This document shows, piece after piece, positions 13,501-25,500 of a stretch of DNA of 64,000 bases. Source of the stretch: Squalus acanthias (Eukaryota); contig CM059432.1 in the NCBI GenBank assembly GCA_030390025.1, positions 72,728,001-72,792,000 of the forward strand, in the 5' to 3' direction. The notes under the pieces were generated by a model. That model had not been told where the DNA came from. It saw only the letters and a program-made list of their open reading frames with translations, and did no database searches. Both the position numbers and the translations under genes were made by a program. Position 1 is the first letter of the stretch; every line of letters begins with the position of its first letter.

Positions 13501-16500
13501 TCAATTGATTGCTGGCAATGCGGAGTTCCACAGCGCAACCTGTGGCGGAGCAGTGAATGACTGACCGTAACTACAGGATTTCCACGTTTATCTGCGCATG
13601 CGCTAAATATTGAAGTTGCTGGCAGCTTCAGAGGGGTAATGACGGCGACCACTGACAGTTTTGTCGTCATTATCACCGCAAAATCCGGGCCAATGTGTTG
13701 TTACTGGGAATCTAGTTTGCTGCACTCGCCACTTATGGCTCCAAAAGCATAATTATAGTAAACTTCAAAAGACTTGAATCACAATTCCCTGAGGGGTATC
13801 TTCTCGTAGACCTCATCCCTCCCCCCAAAAAATACATTTATTGTGCTCATTCCCTTTCAAAAGTTTCTAAATCCACCACTGCAAATTTTGCACTTTTATG
13901 ATACAACTGATGGAATATTGAGTATACCTGTACCTTAAGTCATGATAAGCTCATGTCCCACTGCAGATTCATTGTAACTACTTCTTTTCAAATGAAATGA
14001 ATCAGGCTATTGAGTTTCAGTTTCACAGAAAAACAAATTGGCCCTGAATTCGCGGTCGGTATGACGGTGCACTCAGTCCGCCACCATACCGCCTTTGAAA
14101 TTGACCGCAAGTTTGCATGTGCTAAATCCCGAACTTGCAATCTGTCAAAGTGATGGAAGGTGTCATCGACAGTGCTATCAAGCGGCACTTACTCACCAAT
14201 AACCTGCTCACTGGTGCTCAGTTTGGGTTCCACTCGGCTGCCGACCACATTACAGCCTTGGTCCAAACATGGACAAAGGAGCTTAATTTTTTTTTTTTCA
14301 TTCGCTTATGGGATCTGGGCGTCGCTGGCAAGGCCAGCCTTTGTTGCCCTTGACAAGGTGGTGGTGAGCCGCCGCCTTGAACCGCTGCAGTCCGTGTGGT
14401 GAAGGTACTCCCACAGTGCTGTTAGGTAGGGAGTTCCAGGATTTTGACCCAGCGACAATGAAGGATCGGCGATATACTCCCAAGTCAGGATGGTGTGTGA
14501 CTTGGAGGGGAACTTGGAGGTGGTGGTGTTCCCATGCGCCTGCTGCCCTTGCCCTACTAGGTGGAAGAGGTCGCGGGTTTGGGAGATGCTTCCGAAGAAG
14601 CCTTGGCGAGTTGCTGCAGTGCATCTTGTAGATGGTACTCACTGCAGCCACGGTACGCAGGTAGTGGAGGGAGTGAATGTTTAAGGTGGTGGATGGGGTG
14701 CCAATCAAACGGGCTGCTTTGTCCTGGATGGTGTCGAGCTTCTAGCGTGTTGTTGGAGCTGCACTCATCCAGGCATGTGGCGAGTATTCCATCACACTCC
14801 TTACTTGTGCCTTGTAGATGGTGGAAAGGCTTTGGGGAGTCGGGAGGTGAGACACTTGCCACAGAATACCTAGCCTCTGACCTGCTCTTGTTGCCACAGT
14901 ATTTCTGTGGCTGGTCCACTTAAGTTTCTGGTGAAAGGTGACCCCCCCCCAGGATGTTGATGTTGGGGGATTCGGCGATGGTAATGCCTTTGAATGTCAA
15001 GGGGCGGTGATTAGACTCTCTGTCTCTCTCGTTGGAGATAGTCATCGCTTGGCACTCGTGGCAAGTAACATTTGCGCCACATATCAGCTCAAACCTGAAT
15101 CTTGTCCACGTCTTGCTGCATGTGGGCACAGACTGCTTCATTATCTGAGGAGTTGCGAATCAAGCCACTCTTGGCGATGGACATTGAAGTCCCCACCCAG
15201 AGTACTTTCTGTGCCCTTGCTACCTTCTTCCAGATGGTGTTCAACATGGACGAGCACTGATTCATCAGCTGAGGGAGGGCGGTAGGTGGTAATCAGCAGG
15301 AGGTTTCCTTGCCCATGCTTGACCTGAAGCCATGAGACTTCATGGGGTCCGGAGCCAATGTTGAGAACTCTCAGGGCCACTCTCCCTACTGTATACCACT
15401 GTGCCACCACCTCAGGACATACCCAGGGATGGTGGAATCTGGGGCGTTGTTTGAAAGGTATGATTCTGTGAATATGACTGTCAGGCTGTTGCTTGCCTAG
15501 CCTGTGGGACAGCTCTCCCAATTTTGGCACAAGTCCTCAGATGTTAGTGAGGAGGACTTTGCAGGGTCGACTAGGCCTGTGCCGTGGTTGTATTTTATTC
15601 TTATTACTGTTTCTCGTCGCGGTTTGGTACAACTGAGTGGCTTGCTAGGCCGTTTCAGAGGGCAGTCACATATAGGCCAGATAAGGACGGCAGATTTCCT
15701 TCCCTAAAGGACATTAGTGAACCAGATGGGTTTTTACGACAATCTGGTAGTTTCATGGTCACCATTACTGATGCTAGTTTCTTTTTATTTCAGATTTATT
15801 TAATTAACTGAATTTAAATTCCCAGCTCCCGTGGTGGAATTTGAACTTGCGTCTCCAGCATTAGTCCAGTCCTTTGGATTACTAGTCCAGTAACATAACC
15901 ACTATGCTACTGTTCCCAATATGCTCTTAAAACACTTCAATCCTGAAACTCCGTATAATAAAATGTAATTTAACATGGTCAATTGCTTTAAAGCAGTGGC
16001 CTTAATCAATAGGCCTTTACTTGGGGCTGTTTTTCAGTTGTATGTGTTTTGGGGCTGTGACAACTTTTTTGAAGCTGTTTTTTCAACTTTTGCAAGTTTT
16101 ATAGGTTGGTATATCTGTACATAAAGTTTTGAGGATTACCCTATTGCCCTTTTGATAATTTTTGAGTGTTTACAATATGCAAATAGTAGCATATGAACTA
16201 ATGTCCATTTAAAAGACTCCAATTCACCACTTTGTGTAGCTTTTAAATTCTTCCTGGATTATTTAGCAGCTAAAGTTCAAAATACATTTTTCCCAGACCA
16301 ATAACCTTTTGTGGTATGAAGGATAATGCCTGTTTTATACAAAGTATCCTAAAATATAATTCCAGTATATTCAAAATAATTAAAGTTGTCTGGTATATTG
16401 GGGATATGGACCTTTTTCAAGACTCTGAGATCTATATTTTGCACTTGATGGGTTTTAAATCACTTTTATAAAATCATTTGGCTCAATTGGAAATGCAGTG

Positions 16501-19500
16501 ATTATTTTTTTAATTTACTCATTCTCGGGGTGTGAGCATCTCTGGCAAGATCAGCATTTAGTGCCCATTTCCCATCTCTAGTTGCCCAGAGAAAGTGGTG
16601 GTGGGTCGCCTTCTTGAACCGCTGATATTCTGTGTAGCAGTCTGATAGAACTGAGTTGCTTGCTCGGCCACGTCATAGGACAGTTAAGAGTCAACCACAT
16701 TGGTGTGGGACTGGAGTCATTTTAAGATTGTGTGAGAAATTGGATATCGGCTGATGGCACAGTTGACAAGGAAAGCAATAGTGCTTTTTTTTATTCTTGG
16801 GTTTAACATATAGGAACATAATGCATTGTTAACCTTGAAAGACAGCTAACAGAAAGATAGATGACACTCGTTCTTTGTATTGCCCTGCTGGTGCCGTGTG
16901 AGGAAGCTGTTGCAACCAGCAGAATCAAAAGACAGGGATAAACCCTGTTTTGTAGTATCTCCGCACAGAAGAAGCCCATTCAACCATCGTGCCTGTGCTG
17001 GCTCTTTGAAAGAGCTTATCCAATTAGTCCCACTCCCCCTGCTCTTTCCCTTTTGAAAGTGACTATTGAATCTGCTTCTGCCACCCGTTCAGGCAGTGCA
17101 TTCCACATCATAACAACTAATTTCTCTTTTTGGTTGGAATCCAGAAGGAATTAGAGATGCCTTTAAATATAGAGTAGGAACATCAGAAAAAGTACAAATT
17201 CCTTTTATAATTTTTGTGCTATTTTCAGTATTTGCAGATTTAATGTAAGTGAAGGAGATGCTATTCCTCGGGCGTTTTAGCACCATTTTATGGCCGAATC
17301 TTGAGCAACTGGTTATTCAAAAAGTTGTCTCCTCAGGGTGTTAAAAGGCCTAGAGTTGGAAAATAATGAACTCTGTCCATAGTTCCAAATTTTAATGTAC
17401 TGTAATTTGAAATCTTATGACACATAGTTTGTGATCAAGCTTTTGCTAAAAGAATGCAAGCCATTTAAAAAAAAAAATGTTCAACTGTCTCCAACAAAAA
17501 CTTTATGAAGTCCAATGTGTTTGACCATGGTTGTCGAAAGAATTTTTGCAGTGCCTCGCTACACCAGACGGGAACCAAAAATACACACTGGGACTCTTCC
17601 TACTAGAAATTTTTTTTTTTTTTAATTGGTTTTCTTGAAAGGCATGGGATTGTATTTGTAGTGGAGGCTTAAGTGCATTCCAGCTTACTGAATATTACTT
17701 GTTCTTTTATCCCCTCCCCCTTTTCCCAGCTTTACTCTGGCCTTAAATCTATTTGATTTCCGGCTCTTCACAGTTCTGATGAAAGGTCATCGACCTGAAA
17801 CGTTAACTCTCTTTCTCTCTCCACGGATGCTGCCTGGCCTGCTGAGTTTTTCCAGCGTTTTCTGTTGTTATTTCAGATTTCCAGCATCCGCAGTATTTTG
17901 CTATCGCTGAATATTACTTGTATTTGCTTTGTTCAAATCATAAATTACACCAGGTTACTGTAACCTTGCATAGGTTAATTTGTTATGTGTTTTTGCACTA
18001 ATTACTGTTTACATGTCCCTACTCAGTGCTTGCTAATAGAGACAAATTAATAAAAGTTGTATGATCTATAGCCAGTGATAGCACAAGTAAATTCCTTTTT
18101 TTTTTGTGGTGCAGTGAGGAAGAACAAATACATATTTTTCTGTATAATGGGGTGGCTTTACTTTTTGCTTGCAGGGTATCTTTGTTCAACTCGTACAAGC
18201 AAACTCTCCCGCTTCTCTGGCTGGTTTAAGGTTTGGTGACCAGGTCCTACAGATAAATGGTGAGAATTGTGCAGGCTGGAGTAGTGACAAGAGTCATAAA
18301 GTGCTGAAACAAGCTTCTGATCAAAAGATTAGTGTCATAGTTCGTGACCGGTAAGAATACGTTCCTCTTTCTGCTGTAACTATTTTAATTTCTGATGGGA
18401 GTTGCTTTTCATTTTGTTTTAAAACTCAAAGCTGGGAGAAGGTTGGCATTTTGCCACAATGTATAAAGTTTTCTACCGGTCGGTTGTAGAGTATGAGTGT
18501 GAATTTAGTTATCCCATATGGGAGATTTGTATCTTGGCTGGGCCATTTTGGGGAAGCAAAGAACCAGAATGGTCTCTAGCTGGCTGGGGAATGTTGTGTG
18601 AAGCTTGATCAGAGCGAGCCAGCATGGATTTATAAAGGTAGGTCATGCCTGACGAATCTGATTGAATTTTTTGAAGAGATGACTAAAGTAGTGGACAGTG
18701 GAATGTCTATGGATTTTATTTACATGGACTTCCAGAAGCCATTCAATAAAGTCCCTCATAAGAGACTGTTAACTAAAATTGAAGCTCTTGGAATTGAGGG
18801 CAAATTATTGACCCAGTTGGGAAATTGGCTGAGCAGCAGGAGACCGAGAGTAGGGATAATGGGCAGGTATTCTAATTGGCAGGATGTGACTAGTGGCGTC
18901 CCACAGGAATCTGTGTTGGGGCCTCAACTATTAACGACTTACTTGGATGGCGGGATAGAGAGCCACATATCCAAGTTTGCCGATAGGTGACAGTGTAAGC
19001 AGTGTAGATAGAAGCATAATTACAAAGAGATATTAATAGATTAAGTGGGCAAAACTGTGACAAATGTGAGGTCATCCACTTTGGACCTAAAAATGATAGA
19101 TCAGAGTACTTTCTAAATGGTGAAAAGCTAGAAGCAGTGAAGGTCCAAAGAGACTTCGGGGTCCATGTACATAAACATTAAAAGGTCATGGACAGGTACA
19201 AAAAATAATCAAAAAGGCTAATGGAATACTGGTATTTATATCTAGAGTACTAGAACAGTGGTTCTCAAACTTTAGTTGAAGTACCCCTTTTCAAATCTAT
19301 TAGTAATCACGGGACCCCCCCCCCAACTAAATTATAATGCTATATATTACTCAATTTGAAAGTGTTGTATGTAAAAAGTGTTTTAATAATGCTTTTAAGA
19401 AAATAGGTGAGATGTGTGTGCCTGCTTCTCGCACCAATTCTGGATACTCTGCAGCAACAGATGGCCACAATTAGCCACTTAGTGTTGGACAATTTTTAAA

Positions 19501-22500
19501 GCCGTCAGCCAAGGTGAGTGAGGGCACAAGCACCCATGCACATGCTGGGATGCTGCTGGAAACATGATTCACCGCCATACTGTCCCACTGGCATGTTCTG
19601 TAACAGCGGCACTGGGATTGTACATGTTTGCATGAACACTTCAGGCACGTGTTTGGAGGGTCCTGCAGATGCTCTGATCACATGTCTGGAGGATGGCACA
19701 GGGTCACGGCACCAGGGAGAGGAATCCGCTCGACTGGCAGGGAGTGCTCGTTGCGAGTGAGAGCTGTGGGCCTCAGAGGAGGCTGGCCCAGCCGCTGAGA
19801 ATTTGCAAGAACTGAATCAGTGTCAGTTTTAAAAGAGAAGTCGCACAACACCAGGTTATAGTCCAACAGATTTATTTAATTTTACAAGCTTTCGGAGCAG
19901 TTCGCTCCTTCGTCAGGTAAGTTTAGCAGTGAGAGAATCTCCCAGAATTCACAATTTAAACACAGACAAAATATATTCAAACATTTCCCTACATCAAAGA
20001 GCATAGCCAAGACAATGAGATGTGTCCCAGGGGGTCCAACGTGTCAAACCACCTGCTGGCTGCATATCCTGTCAATCTGTGTAGGTTCTTGTGTTAGCCT
20101 TTTTTAAAAAAAAACACCTGGGAAGACCGGCCATGATGTCAAGTCACGTTCTGTATCGTGACATGAACCCGATATCGCGATTGAGGCCATCTTCATGAGT
20201 GCGGAACCTGGCTATCAGTTTCTGCTCTATGATTTTGCGCTGTCGTGTATCTCGAAGGCCGCCTTGGAGAACGCTTACCCGCATATCCGAGGCTGAATGC
20301 CCCTGGCTGCTGAAGTGTTCCCCGACTGGGAGGCAACCCTCCTGCCTGGCGATTGTTGCGCGGTGTCCGTTCATATGTTTTAAAAGAGGAGCAGGCTTGA
20401 AACTACCTGATTCTTGATCACTGAAACTACTGAACAGTTTCACGAATCAGGCTGACTTTGGTACCATCAACATAAAGACATACCGACCGCCACCAACACA
20501 GATTTACTTCTCCCAGCACTATTCCTGATTTAAGAAGGCAGGCACGTAGGATTAAATAGGATATACAGCACAGAAACAAACCATTCAGTCCATGCCGGCA
20601 TTTATGCTCCACTCGAGCCTCCTCCCGTCTTTCCTCATCTTAACTCTATCAGCATAACCTTCTATTCCCTTCTCCCTCATATGCTTACCTAGCCTCCATT
20701 AAATGCATCTATACTATTCACTTCAACCATTCCCTGGGTAAAGGAAGTTTCTTCTGAATTCCCTATTTGATTTTGTGGTGACTATCTTATATTGATGGCC
20801 TCTAGTTTTGCTCTTCCCCACAAGTGGAAACGCTGTCTGTGTGTCTACTCTATCAAAACCTTTCAGAATTTCAAAGACCACTAGGTCACCCCTCAGCCTT
20901 CTCTCTTCAAGAGAAAAGAGCCCCAGCCTGTTCACTCTTTCGTGATAGGTATAACCTCGCATTTCTGGTATCATCCTTGTAAATCTTTTTTGCACCCTCT
21001 CCAGTGCCTCTATATCCTTTTTATAATATGGCGACCAGAATTGTACACAGTATTCCAAGTGTGGTCTAACCAAGGTTCGATACAAGTTTAGCATAACTTC
21101 TCTACTTTTCAATTCTATCCCTCTAGAAATAAACCCGAGTGCTTGGTTTGCTTTTTTTATGGCCTTATTAACTTACGTCGCTACTTTTAGTGATTTGTGT
21201 ATTGGGACTCCTAGATCCCTTTGCTCTTCTACCCCATTTAGCTTATTTTCCAAGTAATATGTGACCTCCTTATTTTACTTACCAAAATGTAATACCTCAC
21301 ATTTATCTGTGTTGAAATTCATTTGTCAATTATATGCCCATTCTGCAAGTTTATTAATGTCGTCTTGTAATTTGTTGCGGTCCTCCTCAGTATTGACTAT
21401 CTCTTCCCCCCCCTCAATTTGGTGTCTTCCACAAATTTAGAAATTGAGAACAACTTTGGTCCCAGCATTGATCCTTGTGGGACCCCACTTTCCACCTTCT
21501 GCCACTCTGAATAGTTACCCATTATCCCTACTCTCTACTTTCTGTCTTGAAGCCATCTAGCTATCCATTCTGCTACTTGTCCTCTGACTCCGCATTCTCT
21601 GACCTTCTTAGTCTGTTTTGTGGTACCTTATCGAAGGCCTTTTGGAAATCTAGATAAATTACATCTACAGCATTACCTTTGTGGCTCGGTAGCACCACTA
21701 CTGACTGAGCTGGCCGAGTCCTGTAGGACATAGCTGCCAGACTGGGCCTGCAGCAGATGGTGAGAGAACCAACATGAGGGAAAAACCTTCTTGACCTCGT
21801 CCTCACCAATCTACCTGTCACAGATGCATCTTTCCATGACACTATTGGTAGCAGTGACCACCGCACAGTCCTTCTGGAGACGAAATCCTGTCTTCACACC
21901 TGAGGACACTCTCCATCAGTTGTGTGGCACTACCACCATGCTAAATGGGATAGATTCAGAACAAATCTAGCAGCTCAAAACTGGGCATCCATGAGGCACA
22001 GCAGCCATCAGCAGCAGCAGAATTGTAATCCACCACAATCTGTAACCTCATGGCCTGGCATATCCCTCACTCTACCATTACCATCAAGCCAGAGGACCAT
22101 CCCTGGTTCAATAAGGAGTGTAGAAGAGCATGCCAGGAGCAGTACCAGGCATACCTAAAAATGAGGTGTCAACCTGGGGAAGTTGCAACGCAGGCTTACA
22201 TGCATGCTAAACAACGGAAGTAGTGATGGAAGTTGTCATCAACAGTGCTTTCAAGCGGCACTTACTCACCAATAACCTGCTCACCGATGCTCAGTTTGGG
22301 TTCTGCCAGGATCACTCTGCTCCAGACCTCATTACAGCCTTGGTCCAAACTTGGACAAAACAGCTGAATTCCAGAGGTGAGGTGAGAGTGACTGTCCTTG
22401 ATATCAAGGCAGCATTTGACCGAGTGTGGCATCAAGGAGCCCTAGTAAAATTGAAGTCAATGGGAGTCAGGGGAAAGACTCTCCACTGGCTAGAGCCATA

Positions 22501-25500
22501 CCTAACACAGAGGAAAAGGGTTATGGTTGTTGGAGGTCAATCATCACAGCCCCAGGACATCGCTGCAGGAGTTCCTCAGGGCAGTGTCCTAGGCCCAACC
22601 ATCTTCAGCTGCTTCATCAATGATCTTCCCTCCATCATAAGGTCAGAAGTAGGTGATGACTGCACAATGATCAGTTTCATTCACAACTCCTCAGATAATG
22701 AAGCAGTCTATGTCCGCATGCAGCAAGACCTGGGCAACATTCAGGCTTGGGCTGATAAGTGGCAAGTAACATTCGTGCCACAAAAGTGTCAGGCAATGAC
22801 TATCTCCAACAAGCGAGAGTCTAACCACCGTCCCTTGACATTCAACGGCATTACCATCGCCGAATCCCCCACCATCAACATCCTGGGGGTCACCTTTGAC
22901 CAGAAACCTAACTGGACCAGCCACATAAATACTGTGGCAACAAGAGCAGATCAGAGGCTGGGTATTTTGCGGCAAGTGTCTCACCTCCTGACTCCCCAAA
23001 GCCTTTCCATCATCTACAAGGCACAAGTCAGGAGCTACAACTATACAAAGCCTTGGTTAGACCACACCTGAAGTACTTTTTTCCGTTCTGGGCGCCACTC
23101 CTTCGGAAGGATATATTGGCCTTGCGGGGAGGGGGGGGTGGGGGGGGGTTTGCGGGGTGCAGTGTAGATTTACTAGAATGATACCGGGACTCCAAGGGTT
23201 AAATTACGAGGAGAAATTCCACAAACTAGGGTTTTATTCTTGGAATTTAGAAGATTAAGGGGTGATTTGATTGCTGTTTTCAGGATATTAAGGGGAACTG
23301 ATCGTGTCGATAGAGAGAAACTATTTCCACTGGTTGGGGAACCTGGGACTGGGGACATAGAATAAAAATTAGAGCCAGCCCTTTCAGGAGTGAAGTTAGA
23401 AAAGACTTCTACACACAGGGTGGTAGAAGTTTGGAACTTGCCTCTGCAAACGGCAGTTGATGCTGGGTCAGTTGTTAATTTTAAATCTGAGATAGTTAAA
23501 TTTCTGTTATCCAGGGGTATTAAGGGATATGGGGCAAAGGCAGGTATATGATCACAGATCAGCCATGATCTTATTGATTGGTGGAACAGGCGCAAGGGGC
23601 TAAATGGCCTACTCCTGTTCTATGTTCCTATGAATTGTAGGGGATTCGGGATTAAAATGAAATGTGATGGCATATTCCCACATAAAGTATAGGGACTTAG
23701 CTAATATTGAGAAATTCCATTCTCAGTTTAGATGTGTATATTGACATTTTTGGTAATCTAATACAGATGAAGTAGTGATGGTGAGTGTAACTGTTACTCA
23801 TGATGAGGAAAGCCCTTCAGGCCCTTACTTGTTAACCATATTTTTTCTTACTGGACTGTTCTTTTTCTTCCAACCTTCTGGGAGAGGCAAAAAAAAGAAC
23901 TATAGCTAATAAAGGAACTGCTGTCAACAATTCTTCTCTAAGCCCCAAAAGACCCTAACCTAGACTCCCAGTCCTTCACCATCAATTTAAAATTCTCATC
24001 CTAGTGTTTAAATCCCTTCATGACCTCTCCCCTCCCTATCTTTCTATCTTTCCCCCCCCCCCCCCCTTTCCAAATTCTACGTTCCTCTGACTCTGACCGT
24101 TTGTATATCCCCGCGATTGGTAGCCGTGCCTTCAGCCACTTAGGCCCCATGCTCTGGAATTCTCTGCTTAAGCCCCTCAGAGTCTCCATGTTGTCCCCTC
24201 CTCTTTTAAGGCCCTTCTTAAAACCTACCTCTTTGACCAATCTTTTGGTATCTCCTTCTAATATGTCCTTCTTTGGCTTGGCATCCATTAATTTCTTCTT
24301 GTGCTTCCTTGAAGCACCTTGGAATGGTTTTTCTATGTTAAAGGTAGTGTATAAATAAACATTTTTAAATTGCCTTTGTGGATTCAAATCTTGCCAAAGG
24401 AAAGGGGCTACTCCACATTCAGGTGTCTATTCTGAGTATTCACATCTCTTGGATTTATATTTTGTTTATTTCTTGTGTTTTTATAGTTGCTTCAAATGAG
24501 GGAAAATTGGACTAAAGTGGTTTAAAATATCATCCTTTTGCCTTTTAGTGCTATTCAAATACAGTTTCGATAGGCTTGAATCATCAGCCAAACAGGATGA
24601 AGTGAATTGTTCAGTAACTCTCTAGTCCCCAATGTCTACAGCAGAACTACACCACTTAGTAATTTATGTTCAGAGTAGGCACGTAAAGATAGCTGCTGTG
24701 GGCAATGAAAATGCAAACTAACTTTGCCTGTGTTTAAAGAATATTGGATGCAATTTTCTCCAAAGAAATTGCTGAGGAGCATAGAAGCTTTTTAAAATAT
24801 CCTTAGAAACATACATTTATGAATGACCCCTTTTTAATATTAAAAAATCCAAGCTGAAGAGTCAAGTGCAGTAGATCATCAGAGTTGAAATGAAGAGAGG
24901 TGGGTGGCAGTAAGCTCGGTTTTAACAGTCTTGAATATTGAACTAGGAAGATGAGTTCCACAGTTTTGATGCCCTGGGAAGGAATGAGTTTCAAATAGGA
25001 GAAAGGACATCCTTGTATTTATATTGCATCTTATTGCCACCTCAGGACATCCTAAAGTGCTTTACAGTCAAAGGATTACTTTTAAAGCACTACCACTGTT
25101 GTGCACACAGATGTGGCAGCCAGTTTATGCACAGCAAGATCACAAACAGCAAATGAATGTCTGTTTTTCGTGATGTTGGTTGCAGGAGAAATGTTATCCA
25201 GGACACTGGGAGAACGTTCTGCTCTTCGAATAGAATCATGCATTTTTTATATCCAAAAGCAGGAAATCTGAATTTCAGCCACATGGCAATGTAGGGAGGA
25301 GCAAGGACATTTAGGATAGTATACTTGAAACTTTGATGGAACAAGAGAGGAAAATTAGATGTTCACTTGGGAATTGTAGCAGCAATGATCTTTCATACTG
25401 GAGTTTGTTGATTAGTTTATTGGTGTGTGTGTGTATAAGTTGTCTCATAGGATTTCATTTTTTGCACAGGCCTTTTGAACGCACTATCACTATGCACAAA

